Assembly: GCA_041621875.1 (NCBI GenBank)
Contig: JBFJZW010000001.1
Coordinates: 1-58,845 of the forward strand
From: Pseudomonas sp.
GTDB lineage: Bacteria > Pseudomonadota > Gammaproteobacteria > Pseudomonadales > Pseudomonadaceae
Direction: 5' to 3'
DNA length: 58,845 nt
Positions 1 through 11,763 of this stretch are shown here, piece by piece. Below the pieces are notes generated by a model. It was not told the DNA's origin, did not search any database, and worked only from the letters and a program-made list of their open reading frames with translations. A program made the position numbers and the translations under genes. How positions within the stretch are numbered: position 1 is the stretch's first letter; each line of letters begins with the position of its first letter.

Positions 1-839
<839 letters not shown>

Positions 840-843
<4 letters not shown>

Positions 844-1925
844 GACGGAGTTACTCCTTGTTCCAGCGGCAGGAAGATCGAGAACACGGTATGGCCGGGA
901 TGGCTCTCGCACTCGATCAGACCTTGGTGCTGACTAATGATGTTCTGGGTAATCGCCAGGCCCAGGCCGGTGCCGTCGGCACGCCCGCTGACCATGGGAT
1001 AGAAGATGGTTTCCTGCAGTTCGGCCGGGATACCCGGGCCGTTGTCGATGATCTCGATCTTGGTCACCAGGCGATGGCGGATATGGCCGATGGTGAACTG
1101 GCGCAGGGTGCGGGTGCGCAGGGTGATGCGGCCCAGGCGCAGTTCGTTCTGCTGGCCTATGGCCTGCATGGCGTTGCGCACGATATTGAGCACGGCCTGG
1201 ATCATCTGTTCGCGGTCGATCAGCACGTCGGGGATGCTCGGGTCGTAGTCACGCACCAGGGTGATGCTGCCCTGGCTTTCCGCCTCCACCAGGCTGCCGA
1301 CCCGCTCCAGCACTTCGTGCACGTTGGTCATCGCCAGGGACGGCAGCTTGTTCGAGCCGAGCATACGGTCGACCAGATTACGCAGGCGGTCGGCCTCCTC
1401 GATGATCACGTTGGTGTAGTCCTTGAGGCTTTCCTCGGGCAGTTCACGTGCCAGCAGCTGCGCCGCACCGCGGATGCCGCCCAGGGGGTTTTTGATCTCG
1501 TGGGCCAGGCCGCGCACCAGCAGTTTGGTGGTTTCCTGCTTGGACAGCTGGGCTTCTTCCTTGGTGATGCGCAGCAGGCGGTCGCGCGGGTGCACTTCCA
1601 GCAGCAGCAGGGTCTCGCCGCGGTTGAGCAGCGGGGTTACGGCATAGTCGACGGTCAGGGTCTGGCCGCTGACCGAGGTCAGCACGGCTTCGCGCTTGTT
1701 GAACGGGTGGGCCTGTTCGACGGCCTGACGCAGGGCGCTGAGGGCTTCCGTCGATTCGGTAAAGAGTTCGCTGATAAATTGCCCGTGGCTGCGCTGGCCG
1801 CTGACGGCCAGGAGCATCTCCGCCGCCGGGTTCATGTACTCAAGGCGCAATTCGGCGTTAAGCAGCAGGGTGGCGGTGGTCAGGTTGTCGAGTAACAGGC
1901 GGTGCAATGCGTCGTTGATGATCAT
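840..1925 (-). CDS. ntrB: Nitrogen regulation sensor histidine kinase NtrB (GlnL)
   Basis: PAS domain, H-box LAHEIKNPL, and the N/G boxes (NIVRNA, DNGPG, GTGLGL). Start taken at MIINDAL (1925) because the longer ORF start lies inside the sigma54 promoter. Confidence 0.95.
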
Positions 1926-1986
1926 AGGTAAGGTCTGCCGACGTTTCGCTGCGGGCCGCAAAGCGGCGGCCAATGCTGCGGGAAAA

Positions 1987-2002
1987 TGCAAGAAGCAAAC
2001 CA
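1987..2002 (-). promoter_or_regulatory. sigma54 (-24/-12) promoter of ntrBC
   Basis: Minus strand TGGTTTGCTTCTTGCA fits GG-N10-GC, ~60 bp upstream of ntrB. Confidence 0.75.
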
Positions 2003-2120
2003 AAGCCCCGAAAAGAAGCGTGTTTAGGCGCTATGCCGCGGCTTATGGCTGCTTTTCGGCGCAGAGGGGGCGCAGTGAGCGACCCAAAACAGGGACAGTA
2101 TAGAAATAGCCTAGTTTTGC

Positions 2121-2137
2121 CGCACCATACTGGTGCG
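2121..2137. promoter_or_regulatory. NtrC binding site upstream of ntrB
   Basis: Palindrome CGCACCA-TAC-TGGTGCG matches the NtrC consensus TGCACCA-N3-TGGTGCA, ~120 bp upstream of the sigma54 site. Confidence 0.8.
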
Positions 2138-2185
2138 CTGTTGTCGGCCTGGGGCTATCCGGGTTGCGTGGCGGGGCGGCGCAAC

Positions 2186-2800
2186 TCAGATAAAGGGGAT
2201 CAGTGGAATGTCTTTCTTTTCCGCTGGCTTGTCCTTGAGCGGGCATTCCGGGCGCACGCCGTAGTCGCCTTTCTTGCACGGATTGACCCTGCGCTTCTGC
2301 GCCAGGGAAATGCGCTGCAGGTGGAAGGGCTGGTTGGGGGTGCGTTCGATGATGCGGCCCTGCTGGTCGATGATTTCCACCGCCAGTTGGTGAGTGCCGC
2401 GGTCGATATTCTCCAGGGGGAAGACCGGGCTGCGTCCGACCTGGCCGACTTCGCTGCCGTCCATCAGCAGGCGATAGCGGTGCCCGGGAAACAGCGCCGG
2501 TTCGCTGTTGACGCTGACAATCAGGTTGCCGGCATTGTCGCGTACGGTGGCATCCGGCTGCGGTACCAGAATCCTCAGTACCTGGTAGCGCTGGCTCGGT
2601 TGCGCAGCGGGGGCGCTCGGAGCAGCGGGCGGGACGAGCGCCGGCATCGAGTTGCCCGGGTTCAGCTCGATGCGCTGGGCATCGCCCGACTTGGGCTTGT
2701 CGGTAAAGACCCGATTACCCTCGGCATCTATATAGGTATAGACCTGGGCCGCGACGGGCAGGCCGAGCAGCAGCAGGCAGCAGAGCAGCAGGGTGCGCAT
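2186..2800 (-). CDS. DUF4124-domain secreted protein
   Basis: Signal peptide, then VYTYIDAEGNRVFTDKP (DUF4124 motif), a Pro/Ala linker and a beta-rich C-terminal domain. Confidence 0.85.
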   Translation of the reverse strand: MRTLLLCCLLLLGLPVAAQVYTYIDAEGNRVFTDKPKSGDAQRIELNPGNSMPALVPPAAPSAPAAQPSQRYQVLRILVPQPDATVRDNAGNLIVSVNSEPALFPGHRYRLLMDGSEVGQVGRSPVFPLENIDRGTHQLAVEIIDQQGRIIERTPNQPFHLQRISLAQKRRVNPCKKGDYGVRPECPLKDKPAEKKDIPLIPFI

Positions 2801-2802
2801 GG

Positions 2803-3366
2803 TCAGGGGGTCGCCTTGGGCTTGGGTGGCGGCGGTGGTGGTGGGCGCAGGGCCGGGCTGCTGGTGTTGACCCGCTGCACGGTGAAGTTGACCGGCTCGC
2901 TCTGCTGGACCGACTGCTCGCCGCTGAGGACCTCCACGGCCAGGCTGTGCTCGCCGCGGTCGACATTGGTCAGCTGCAGCAGCGGTACATTGCTCGCCTG
3001 GCCATAGGGCTGGCCGTCGAGCAGCAGGCGCAGGCGGTGGCCGGCGGCCAGGCGCGGTTCGATCTGGATGCTGACGCTGAAGGTGCCGTTATTGGCGCGC
3101 ATGGCTTCGTCGCTGGGCAGGCCGGTCACCTGCAGCAGGCTGTAGGGCGCTGCCGGGGCCTCGCTGGTGCTGCTGTCGGCCGGCGGCAGGCTGGGCACCT
3201 GCATGTTGACGCTATTGGTCTGCGGCAGTTGTACGCTCTCCGCGGCCTGGCCTTCCGGCGGCTGATCGGTGAACACGGTGTTGCCCTTGGCGTCGGTGTA
3301 TTTGTAGATCTGCGCGCTGGCCGGCAGGGCCAGGCCGAGTAACAGGCAGATGAGCAGAGGGCGCAT
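2803..3366 (-). CDS. DUF4124-domain secreted protein (paralog of neighbour)
   Basis: Start MRPLLICLL with a GGAG RBS; IYKYTDAKGNTVFTDQPP; shares the NxDRGxHxLAVE motif with 2186..2800. Confidence 0.85.
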   Translation of the reverse strand: MRPLLICLLLGLALPASAQIYKYTDAKGNTVFTDQPPEGQAAESVQLPQTNSVNMQVPSLPPADSSTSEAPAAPYSLLQVTGLPSDEAMRANNGTFSVSIQIEPRLAAGHRLRLLLDGQPYGQASNVPLLQLTNVDRGEHSLAVEVLSGEQSVQQSEPVNFTVQRVNTSSPALRPPPPPPPKPKATP

Positions 3367-3512
3367 GGCCGAACTCTCCTGATGGGTGTGTGCTAAGACT
3401 TGCACCGGCTGCGCGCGCTGGCAAGGGTGCTGATGGCCGGGCGTGCGCCAGTGCAGCAAAGGCTAGGATAAAAGGTCGAGGCGGGCGGCCGGATGTGGCG
3501 ACGGCAAAACGC

Positions 3513-3537
3513 AAAAAGGCCACCCGAAGGTGGCCTC
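3513..3537 (-). terminator. Rho-independent terminator of glnA
   Basis: Minus strand AGGCCACC-TTCG-GGTGGCCT followed by TTTT, just after the glnA stop. Confidence 0.85.
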
Positions 3538-3554
3538 TTGTATTGCGTGCGGGA

Positions 3555-4961
3555 TTAGACGCTGTAGTACAGGTCGTATTCCAGCGGGTGTACGAAGGTA
3601 CGGACCTTGATTTCTTCTTCGGACTTCAGCTCGATGTAGGCATCGATAAAGTCGTCGGAGAACACGCCGCCCTTGGTCAGGAACGCGCGGCCCTTGTCCA
3701 GCTCTTCCAGGGCTTCTTTCAGGCTGCCACACACCTGCGGGATCAGCTTGCCTTCTTCCGGCGGCAGGTCGTACAGGTTCTTGTCGGCTGCATCGCCAGG
3801 GTGGATCTTGTTCTGGATGCCGTCCAGGCCAGCCATCAGCAGCGCGGCGAAGGCCAGGTAGGGGTTGGCAGCCGGATCCGGGAAGCGCGCTTCGATGCGG
3901 CGGGCTTTCGGGCTGGAAACGTAAGGAATGCGGATCGAGGCGGAACGGTTGCGTGCCGAGTAGGCCAGCATCACCGGCGCTTCGAAGCCCGGGACCAGAC
4001 GCTTGTAGGAGTTGGTCGACGGGTTGGTGAAGCCGTTCAGTGCCTTACCGTGCTTGATGATGCCGCCGATAAAGTACAGGGCGGTGTCGGACAGGCCGGC
4101 ATAGCCTTCGCCGGAGAAGGTGTTCTTGCCATCTTTGCTGATGGACATGTGTACGTGCATACCCGAGCCGTTGTCGCCGTACAGTGGCTTGGGCATAAAG
4201 GTTGCGGTCTTGCCGTAGGCGTCGGCGACGTTGTGTACGCAGTATTTCAGGGTCTGAACTTCGTCAGCCTTGGCCACCAGGGTGTTGAACTTCACACCGA
4301 TTTCGTTCTGGCCGGCAGTGGCCACTTCGTGGTGGTGCACTTCGATGACCAGGCCCATTTCTTCCATGGCATTACACATGGCAGTACGGATTTCGTGGTC
4401 GTGGTCGCACGGCGGAACCGGGAAGTAACCGCCTTTGACGGCTGGGCGGTGGCCCTTGTTGCCGCCTTCGACGTCCTGGTCGGTCATCCAGGAACCCTGC
4501 TCGGAGTAGATCTTGAACATCGAGCCGGAGATGTCGGACTTGAACTTCACTTCGTCGAAGATAAAGAACTCAGGCTCCGGGCCGACGAATACGGTGTCGC
4601 CGATGCCGGTGCTTTTCAGGAATTCTTCGGCGCGCTTGGCGATCGAGCGCGGGTCGCGGTCGTAGCCCTGCATGGTGCTCGGCTCGACGATGTCGCAGAC
4701 CAGGATCAGGGTCGGCTCTTCGGTGAACGGGTCGAGAACGGCGGTATCGTCAACCGGCATCAGGATCATGTCGGAGGCTTCGATGCCTTTCCAGCCATGA
4801 ATGGAGGAGCCGTCGAACATCTTGCCGTGTTCGAAGAATTCGTCGTCCAGAGCGTCACGTGCCGGCATGGTCACGTGGTGCTGTTTGCCCTTGGTGTCGG
4901 TGAAGCGCAGGTCAACCCACTTCACGTCGTGTTCTTTAATCAGTTGAATCGACTTCGACAT
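3555..4961 (-). CDS. glnA: Glutamine synthetase type I
   Basis: 468 aa; FDGSSI, HHEVA, NGSGMH and RIEAR motifs; adenylylation loop [10 protein letters not shown]. Confidence 0.99.
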   Translation of the reverse strand: MSKSIQLIKEHDVKWVDLRFTDTKGKQHHVTMPARDALDDEFFEHGKMFDGSSIHGWKGIEASDMILMPVDDTAVLDPFTEEPTLILVCDIVEPSTMQGYDRDPRSIAKRAEEFLKSTGIGDTVFVGPEPEFFIFDEVKFKSDISGSMFKIYSEQGSWMTDQDVEGGNKGHRPAVKGGYFPVPPCDHDHEIRTAMCNAMEEMGLVIEVHHHEVATAGQNEIGVKFNTLVAKADEVQTLKYCVHNVADAYGKTATFMPKPLYGDNGSGMHVHMSISKDGKNTFSGEGYAGLSDTALYFIGGIIKHGKALNGFTNPSTNSYKRLVPGFEAPVMLAYSARNRSASIRIPYVSSPKARRIEARFPDPAANPYLAFAALLMAGLDGIQNKIHPGDAADKNLYDLPPEEGKLIPQVCGSLKEALEELDKGRAFLTKGGVFSDDFIDAYIELKSEEEIKVRTFVHPLEYDLYYSV

Positions 4962-5058
4962 GCTGTCCTCCAGATGGCCAAGGCTCGGAATGATGAGCCC
5001 TCAATAGTACGGTGCAGCCCGGCGGCATAGTCCTCCAGGGCAACCTGCCTCACAAGGG

Positions 5059-5074
5059 AGCAAATTGCATGCCA
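5059..5074 (-). promoter_or_regulatory. sigma54 promoter of glnA
   Basis: Minus strand TGGCATGCAATTTGCT, close to the consensus TGGCAC-N5-TTGCW. Confidence 0.85.
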
Positions 5075-5146
5075 GTGCACAGGAATGGGTGCATGCCCTG
5101 AAACTCAGGGCTGGCGGGGGCTGTAACCGTGCAGGAGGAAAATATT

Positions 5147-5194
5147 TGCACCATTATGGGTCGCCGCATTTGTCGTGTGCGCTTAAATGGTGCG
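5147..5194. promoter_or_regulatory. Tandem NtrC enhancer sites for glnA
   Basis: TGCACCATTATGGGTCG (5147-5163) and TGCGCTTAAATGGTGCG (5178-5194), 31 bp apart, upstream of the sigma54 site. A third possible site TGCACAGGAATGGGTGCA lies at 5076-5093. Confidence 0.7.
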
Positions 5195-5291
5195 CGTCGT
5201 GAAGTGTTGTAGGTTTTTGATCAAAGCGTGAGCAATTTCCGCTATAATCCGCGCCCCTGTTTTTTTGGCCGCTGCGGCGCTACTCGTTTTC

Positions 5292-6746
5292 ATGAAACTG
5301 ATCGTTAAAGTCTTCCCAGAAATCACCATCAAGAGCCGGCCGGTGCGTAAGCATTTTATCCGGCAGCTGGCGAAGAATATTCGTTCGGTTTTGCGTGAGC
5401 TCGATCCGCAGGTGCTGGTCAGCGGCGTGTGGGACAACCTGGAAGTCGAAACCCAGGTCAGTGAGGCGAAGACCCTGCAGACGATGATCGAGCGCTTGCG
5501 CTGCACCCCGGGCATCACCCATTTCCTCCAGGTCGATGAATACCCCCTGGGCGATTTCGACGATGTCCTGGAAAAATGCAAGCTGCACTTCGCCGAGCAG
5601 CTGCCGGGCAAGATCTTCGCCGTACGCTGCAAGCGCGCTGGCAAGCATGCCTTCAGTTCCATGGATATCGAGCGCTATGTGGGCAGCCAGCTGCGCCAGC
5701 AGTGCGGTGCGGCCGGGATCGACCTGAAGCAGCCGCAAGTCGAAGTGCGCATGGAAATCCGCGACCAGCGTCTGTTCGTCATTCATAACCAGCACGAAGG
5801 CCTGGGTGGTTACCCGCTGGGTTCGCTGGAGCAGACCCTGGTGCTGATGAGTGGCGGTTTCGACTCCACAGTCGCCGCTTATCAGATGATGCGCCGCGGC
5901 CTGGTCACCCATTTCTGCTTCTTCAACCTCGGTGGCCGCGCCCACGAGCTGGGCGTGATGGAAGTGGCGCATTACCTCTGGCAGAAATTCGGCAGCTCGC
6001 AGCGCGTACTCTTTATCAGCGTGCCGTTCGAGGAAGTGCTCGGCGAGATTCTCGGCAAGGTCGACAACAGCCAGATGGGCGTGATCCTCAAGCGCATGAT
6101 GCTGCGCGCCTCCACGCGCATGGCCGAGCAGCTGCAGATCAATGCCCTGGTCACCGGCGAGGCGATTTCCCAGGTCTCCAGCCAGACCCTGCCCAACCTC
6201 TCGGTGATCGACTCGGCCACCGATATGCTGGTGCTGCGCCCGCTGATCGCCAGCCACAAGCAGGACATCATCAACACCGCCAACCAGATCGGCACCGCCG
6301 AGTTCGCCAAGCATATGCCCGAGTACTGCGGCGTGATCTCGGTGAACCCGACCACCCGGGCGAAGAAGGACCGCATCGAACACGAGGAGCGCCAGTTCGA
6401 TATGGCCGTCCTCGAGCGCGCCCTGGAGCGGGCGACCCTGCTGCCGATCGACAAGGTGATCGACGAGCTGGGCAAGGACGTCAAGGTCGAGGAAGTCAGC
6501 GAAGCCCTGGCCAGTCATGTCATCATCGACATCCGTCACCCGGATAACGCCGAAGAGCAGCCTCTCGAGCTGCCCGGTATCGAAGTGCAAACGCTGCCGT
6601 TCTATGCCCTGAACAGCCGCTTCAAAGAGCTGGATGCCAATCGTCAATACCTGCTGTATTGCGACAAAGGCGTGATGAGCCGTTTGCATGCCCACCATCT
6701 GCTCAGCGAGGGGCATGCCAATGTGCGCGTTTATCGTCCGGCATAA
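5292..6746 (+). CDS. thiI: tRNA 4-thiouridine synthase ThiI
   Basis: Start [15 protein letters not shown]; THUMP domain, PP-loop SGGFDS and C-terminal rhodanese domain (YCDKG). Confidence 0.96.
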   Translation: MKLIVKVFPEITIKSRPVRKHFIRQLAKNIRSVLRELDPQVLVSGVWDNLEVETQVSEAKTLQTMIERLRCTPGITHFLQVDEYPLGDFDDVLEKCKLHFAEQLPGKIFAVRCKRAGKHAFSSMDIERYVGSQLRQQCGAAGIDLKQPQVEVRMEIRDQRLFVIHNQHEGLGGYPLGSLEQTLVLMSGGFDSTVAAYQMMRRGLVTHFCFFNLGGRAHELGVMEVAHYLWQKFGSSQRVLFISVPFEEVLGEILGKVDNSQMGVILKRMMLRASTRMAEQLQINALVTGEAISQVSSQTLPNLSVIDSATDMLVLRPLIASHKQDIINTANQIGTAEFAKHMPEYCGVISVNPTTRAKKDRIEHEERQFDMAVLERALERATLLPIDKVIDELGKDVKVEEVSEALASHVIIDIRHPDNAEEQPLELPGIEVQTLPFYALNSRFKELDANRQYLLYCDKGVMSRLHAHHLLSEGHANVRVYRPA

Positions 6747-6907
6747 GACGCCCGGGTTGAATGGCGGCAGCATCCGCCATCGCCCTCCCGACCCACAGGC
6801 GGCGTAACAGCCACAGCGCTCGTACGCCGCCTGGCAGAAATCGCAATTAGTTAATACTCGCCGCCTAGACTAAGCGGCACACCGAATCCTCTGATCGAGA
6901 TACACAA

Positions 6908-8728
6908 GTGATCGAAAATCTACGCAACATCGCCATCATTGCCCACGTTGACCATGGTAAGACCACCCTGGTAGACAAACTCCTGCGTCAGTCCGGCACC
7001 CTCGAGCGCGGCGAGCTCAACGACGAGCGCGTGATGGACAGCAACGACCAGGAAAAAGAGCGCGGCATCACCATTCTGGCGAAGAACACCGCGATCAACT
7101 GGAACGGCTACCACATCAACATCGTCGATACCCCCGGCCACGCCGACTTCGGCGGTGAAGTAGAGCGCGTGATGTCGATGGTTGACTCCGTACTGCTGCT
7201 GGTCGACGCCCAGGACGGCCCTATGCCGCAAACCCGTTTCGTGACCAAGAAGGCTTTCGAAGCCGGCCTGCGTCCGATCGTGGTAATCAACAAGGTCGAC
7301 CGTCCTGGCGCGCGTCCGGACTGGGTTCTGGATCAGATCTTCGATCTGTTCGACAACCTCGGTGCCACCGAAGAGCAGCTGGACTTCAAAGTCGTCTACG
7401 CCTCGGCCCTGAACGGCATTGCCGGTCTGGACCACACCGATATGGCTGAAGACATGACCCCGCTGTATCAGTCCATCGTCGACAACGTGCCGTCCCCTCA
7501 GGTCGATATCGACGGTCCGTTCCAGATGCAAATCTCGGCCCTGGACTACAACAGCTTCCTCGGCATTATCGGCGTTGGCCGTATCGCCCGTGGTCGCGTC
7601 AAGCCGAACACCCCGGTGGTCGCCATCGACGCCGACGGCAAGAAGCGTAACGGTCGTATCCTCAAGCTGATGGGTCACCACGGCCTGCACCGCATCGACG
7701 TTGAAGAAGCCACCGCCGGTGACATCGTCTGCGTCAGCGGTATGGACTCGCTGTTCATCTCCGACACCCTGTGCGACATCAACCATGTCGAAGCGATGAA
7801 GCCGCTGACCGTCGACGAGCCGACCGTATCCATGACCTTCCAGGTCAACGATTCGCCGTTCTGCGGTAAAGAAGGCAAGTTCGTCACCAGCCGCAACATC
7901 AAGGAGCGTCTGGACAAGGAGCTGCTGTACAACGTGGCCCTGCGTGTTGAAGAAGGCGACAGCGCCGACAAGTTCAAGGTCTCCGGCCGTGGTGAGCTGC
8001 ACCTCTCGGTACTGATCGAAACCATGCGTCGCGAAGGCTTCGAAATGGGCGTGGGTCGTCCGGAAGTGATCATCCGTACGGTCGACGGCGTCAAGCAGGA
8101 ACCCTTCGAGAACGTCACCATCGACACCCCGGAAGAATCCCAGGGCAAGGTCATGGAAGAGATGGGCCTGCGTAAGGGCGACCTGACCAACATGGTGCCG
8201 GATGGCAAAGGCCGTGTTCGTCTGGAATACAACATCCCGGCTCGCGGTCTGATCGGTTTCCGTAACCAGTTCCTGACCCTGACCAACGGTGCGGGCATCC
8301 TGACCTCGATCTTCGATCGTTACGACACCATGAAGTCCGGCGACATGTCCGGCCGTCAGAACGGCGTACTGGTATCGGTTGAAACCGGTAAGGCGCTGAC
8401 CTACTCCCTGGAAACCCTGCAGGCGCGCGGCAAGCTGTTCGTCGAGCACGGCCAGGAGATCTACAACGGTCAGATCGTCGGTCTGAACAGCCGCGACAAC
8501 GACATGGGCGTTAACCCGACCAAAGGCAAGAAGCTCGACAATATGCGCGCTTCCGGTAAGGACGAAACCATCGCCCTGGTTCCGCCGGTGAAGTTCACCC
8601 TGGAACAGGCTCTGGAATTCATCCAGGACGACGAACTCTGTGAAGTCACGCCGAAGTCGATCCGTCTGCGTAAGAAGATCCTCGACGAAGGCGAGCGCAC
8701 CCGCGCTGCCAAGAAAGCCAAGAACTGA
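6908..8728 (+). CDS. typA: Translational GTPase TypA/BipA
   Basis: [16 protein letters not shown] and NKVD motifs; C-terminal [11 protein letters not shown]. Confidence 0.98.
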   Translation: MIENLRNIAIIAHVDHGKTTLVDKLLRQSGTLERGELNDERVMDSNDQEKERGITILAKNTAINWNGYHINIVDTPGHADFGGEVERVMSMVDSVLLLVDAQDGPMPQTRFVTKKAFEAGLRPIVVINKVDRPGARPDWVLDQIFDLFDNLGATEEQLDFKVVYASALNGIAGLDHTDMAEDMTPLYQSIVDNVPSPQVDIDGPFQMQISALDYNSFLGIIGVGRIARGRVKPNTPVVAIDADGKKRNGRILKLMGHHGLHRIDVEEATAGDIVCVSGMDSLFISDTLCDINHVEAMKPLTVDEPTVSMTFQVNDSPFCGKEGKFVTSRNIKERLDKELLYNVALRVEEGDSADKFKVSGRGELHLSVLIETMRREGFEMGVGRPEVIIRTVDGVKQEPFENVTIDTPEESQGKVMEEMGLRKGDLTNMVPDGKGRVRLEYNIPARGLIGFRNQFLTLTNGAGILTSIFDRYDTMKSGDMSGRQNGVLVSVETGKALTYSLETLQARGKLFVEHGQEIYNGQIVGLNSRDNDMGVNPTKGKKLDNMRASGKDETIALVPPVKFTLEQALEFIQDDELCEVTPKSIRLRKKILDEGERTRAAKKAKN

Positions 8729-8745
8729 TCCAGTTCTAGCTAACT

Positions 8746-8783
8746 AAAAAGCCCCCGCCGGCGCGAGCCTGCGGGGGCTTTTT
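8746..8783. terminator. Bidirectional Rho-independent terminator between convergent typA and the polyamine-binding gene
   Basis: AAAAAGCCCCCGC...GCGGGGGCTTTTT, with an A-tract before and a T-tract after the stem. Confidence 0.85.
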
Positions 8784-8812
8784 ATTGGTTTTGATTCAGT
8801 GTTGTTGCAGCG

Positions 8813-9889
8813 TCAGATTCCGCTCTTGACCTTGCTCCAGAGGCGCGTGCGTACGCGGTCGATCTTTAGCGGCATGGCTTCCAGGGCGTAGAGGTTGTCC
8901 ATTGCTTCCTGCGGTGGGTAGACGGTGGCATCGGCCTTCAGCCCGGGGTCGACCAGGCTGTCGGCGGCGCTGTTGCCGTTGGCGTATTGCACATGGTTGG
9001 TGATCTGCGCGATCACCTCGGGTTGCAGCGGGTAATTCATAAAGGCGTAGGCGGCCTGCTCGTTGTTGCTGTCGACCGGCATGCTGACCATATCGAACCA
9101 GATCGGCGTGCCTTCCTTGGGGATCACGTAGTTGATGCTGATGCCATTGCTCGCTTCGCTGGCGCGGTTGCCGGCCTGCATGATGTCGCCGGAAAAGCCC
9201 ACGGCCATGCAGATATCGCCATTGGCTAGATCGCCGACGTACTTGGAGGAGTGGAAGTAGCGCACGTTCTTGCGCATCTCCAGCAACAGCGCTTCGGCCT
9301 TCTTGTAGTCATCGAGGTTCTGGCTGTGGTGCGGCAGCCCGAGGTAGTGCAGGGCGATGGGCAGCAGCTCGGGGCCGTTGTCGAGAATCGCCACGCCACA
9401 CTGGCTGAGCTTGGCCAGGTGTTCGGGCTTGAAGATCAGGTCCCAGGAATCGAGCGGTACATCCTCGCCGAGCACTTCGCGCACCTTGGCGACGTTGTAG
9501 CCGATCCCGGTGCTGCCCCACAGGTAAGGAAAACCGTACTGGTTGCCGGGGTCGTTGGTTTCCAGGGCTTTCATCAGGATCGGGTTGAGGTTGCTCCAGC
9601 CTGGCAGGCGGCTCTTGTCGAGCTTCTTCAGTGCGCCGCCCTGGATCTGCCGCGCCATATAGTGGTTGGACGGGAATACCACGTCATAGCCCGAGCGTCC
9701 GGCCATCAGCTTGGCATCCAGGGTTTCGTTGCTGTCGTAGACGTCGTAGTGGCTGCTGACGCCGCTGCCTTGCTCGAACTGCTTGAGGGTGTCGGGGGCG
9801 ATGTAGTCGGTCCAGTTGTAGATGCGCACGGTTTCCGCGGCCTGGCTGGCGCTGCTGAGCAACAGCAGGGGAATCAATTTCTTCAGCAT
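8813..9889 (-). CDS. Polyamine ABC transporter periplasmic binding protein (PotD/PotF/SpuD family)
   Basis: Signal peptide; YNWTDYI, YDSNE, GYDVVFPS, PYLWGSTG and PKEG motifs. Confidence 0.9.
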   Translation of the reverse strand: MLKKLIPLLLLSSASQAAETVRIYNWTDYIAPDTLKQFEQGSGVSSHYDVYDSNETLDAKLMAGRSGYDVVFPSNHYMARQIQGGALKKLDKSRLPGWSNLNPILMKALETNDPGNQYGFPYLWGSTGIGYNVAKVREVLGEDVPLDSWDLIFKPEHLAKLSQCGVAILDNGPELLPIALHYLGLPHHSQNLDDYKKAEALLLEMRKNVRYFHSSKYVGDLANGDICMAVGFSGDIMQAGNRASEASNGISINYVIPKEGTPIWFDMVSMPVDSNNEQAAYAFMNYPLQPEVIAQITNHVQYANGNSAADSLVDPGLKADATVYPPQEAMDNLYALEAMPLKIDRVRTRLWSKVKSGI

Positions 9890-9955
9890 GGGAGTACCTC
9901 ATCGTTTTTATCGGTGTTGTCGAAGTGGCAGTTAAAGCGAGGGCGTTTAGCCGGG

Positions 9956-10297
9956 TTACTTGAGCAGGACAAAGCTCTTGCGCACGGTCTCCTGGATATC
10001 CCAGATGCCGAAGGTGTTGGCCGGTAGCAGCAGGGCATCGCCGGCCTGGATCTGCATGGGCTCGCCGCCGTCCGGGGTGAAGGTGCAGCGCCCGGCGATA
10101 AAGTGGCAGAACTCCTGCTGGGCGATCTGTCGCCGCCAGCGCCCCGGCGTGCATTCCCAGATGCCGGCGGCGACGCCGTCGGCCTGTTCGATGCCCTGGC
10201 TGCTGGTGATCGCCACCGGTTCGCCGAGCGGTACGGCCACCGGGCTGACGTCCGCCAGAGGCAGTTGGGTGGTGTTTTTGAAGTGTTGGATGCTCAT
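9956..10297 (-). CDS. Cupin (DUF861/EutQ-like)
   Basis: GIWECTPG...EFCHFIAGR...AGD...G.WDIQETVRK. Confidence 0.85.
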   Translation of the reverse strand: MSIQHFKNTTQLPLADVSPVAVPLGEPVAITSSQGIEQADGVAAGIWECTPGRWRRQIAQQEFCHFIAGRCTFTPDGGEPMQIQAGDALLLPANTFGIWDIQETVRKSFVLLK

Positions 10298-10308
10298 CAA
10301 TCGCTCCG

Positions 10309-11715
10309 TTAACGCATGAATTTTTCCAGGGTGCCAGCCAGGCCAGTGGCCAGTTTCCGACGCCAGGGGGGGCTGTGCGGGTCGGCCAGTACGCGGTCCT
10401 CATGGACGAAGCTCTGGATGATCGCGTTGTAGCCGAGCCAGCGCAGCGGTTCCGGCTCCCAGCGCGGCAGGCGCTTGAGTGGCTGGTCGCCGAGCACCCA
10501 GGGTTGCCGGGTCAGCTCGCTGTGTTGGTGCAGAATCAGGTCGGCCAGGGTGCGTCCGCCAAGGTTGCTCGCGCCCACGCCTTCGCCGCCGTAACCGCCG
10601 GACAGGGCGATGCCGTTTTTGCGGTCCACCAGCATGTGCGGGCGAAAGCGCCGCGCCATGCCCAGGTTGCCGCCCCAGGCGTGGCTGATGCGCACCTGCT
10701 TGAGCTGCGGGAAGAGTTCGCCGAACAGGTAGCGGCGCAGGCCGCGTTCGTCCTCGCTGAGATTGAAATCGGTACGCAACTGGCCGCCGAAGCGGTAGCC
10801 GCCGCGGGCACCGAAGACCAGGCGGTCGTCGGTGCTGCGCTGGCCGTAGGTGACCTGGCGGCTGTTCTCGCTAAAGGCCTGGCCGCGCTCCAGGCCGATG
10901 TCGGCCCAGACGTCCTTGGGCAGCGGCTCGGTGGCCACCAGCAGGCTCTGCACTGGCAGCTGGTGTTTGCCCAGGGGCGGCAGGCTGGCGGCGTAGCCTT
11001 CCACGGCCGGGACTATCCAGTCGGCGCGCACGCTGCCGGCGGCGGTGCGCACCTGGCCGGTTTGCCAGTCGATCACCCGGCTCTGTTCGTACAGTTCCAC
11101 GCCCATGGCTTGCACGCAGCGAGCCAGGCCGCGCACCAGCTTGGCCGGCTGAATGGTGGCGCAGTGGCTGGCGTGGATCGCGCCGTAGGCATTGTTCAGC
11201 CTGAGTTGCTGGCGCAGTTCGTTGGCGCTTAACCAGCGGTAAGCGTCCTCGCCCAGGCCCAGGGCGCGCAGCTCGGCCAGATGCTGTTGCAGGCTGGTCA
11301 GCTGCTCGGGGTAGCGCGCGGCGCAATAGAGCACGCCGCCCTTGCGGTAATCGCAGGCGATGCCTTCGCGGGTCAGCACGCTGGCGACTTCATCGGGAAT
11401 TCCGTGCAGCAGCGCATAGGCGTTCCGGCGCGCGGCGCTGGGCTGGTCGGCGAGCAGGCGATCCTCGCCGAGCAGGTTGCCCATCAGCCAGCCGCCGTTG
11501 CGCCCGGACGCCCCGAAGCCTGCAATCTCGCCTTCGAGGATAACGATGCGCAGTTGCGGGGCCTGGCGCTTGAGGTAATAGGCGGTCCACAGGCCGGTGT
11601 AGCCCGCGCCGATAATTGCCACATCGGCGTGCAGGTCGGCGGTCAGCGCCGGGCGGGCGGTCAGTGGTTCGTCCAGCTGATCCATCCACAGGCTGAGGGA
11701 GCACCATGGGCTCAT
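10309..11715 (-). CDS. FAD-dependent oxidoreductase (DAO / PuuB-OrdL-like)
   Basis: IIGAGYTG, GASGRNGG and GYGGEGV motifs. Confidence 0.88.
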   Translation of the reverse strand: MSPWCSLSLWMDQLDEPLTARPALTADLHADVAIIGAGYTGLWTAYYLKRQAPQLRIVILEGEIAGFGASGRNGGWLMGNLLGEDRLLADQPSAARRNAYALLHGIPDEVASVLTREGIACDYRKGGVLYCAARYPEQLTSLQQHLAELRALGLGEDAYRWLSANELRQQLRLNNAYGAIHASHCATIQPAKLVRGLARCVQAMGVELYEQSRVIDWQTGQVRTAAGSVRADWIVPAVEGYAASLPPLGKHQLPVQSLLVATEPLPKDVWADIGLERGQAFSENSRQVTYGQRSTDDRLVFGARGGYRFGGQLRTDFNLSEDERGLRRYLFGELFPQLKQVRISHAWGGNLGMARRFRPHMLVDRKNGIALSGGYGGEGVGASNLGGRTLADLILHQHSELTRQPWVLGDQPLKRLPRWEPEPLRWLGYNAIIQSFVHEDRVLADPHSPPWRRKLATGLAGTLEKFMR

Positions 11716-11763
11716 CGTCGATCTCCGGCAGGTAATGGGATGCGCAGAGATTAGTGAGGCGGA

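Noticed and set aside
3390-8449. Long antisense ORFs opposite glnA, thiI and typA (also 12181..14478, 22547..25231, 52181..54007, 55061..56485)
   Set aside because: Shadow ORFs expected from high-GC codon bias opposite well-recognised genes.
9029-9031. Pro in FMNYPLQPE of the polyamine-binding protein, where homologs usually have Leu
   Set aside because: A single substitution with the frame intact; it cannot be distinguished from a natural variant or sequencing error, so no pseudogene call.
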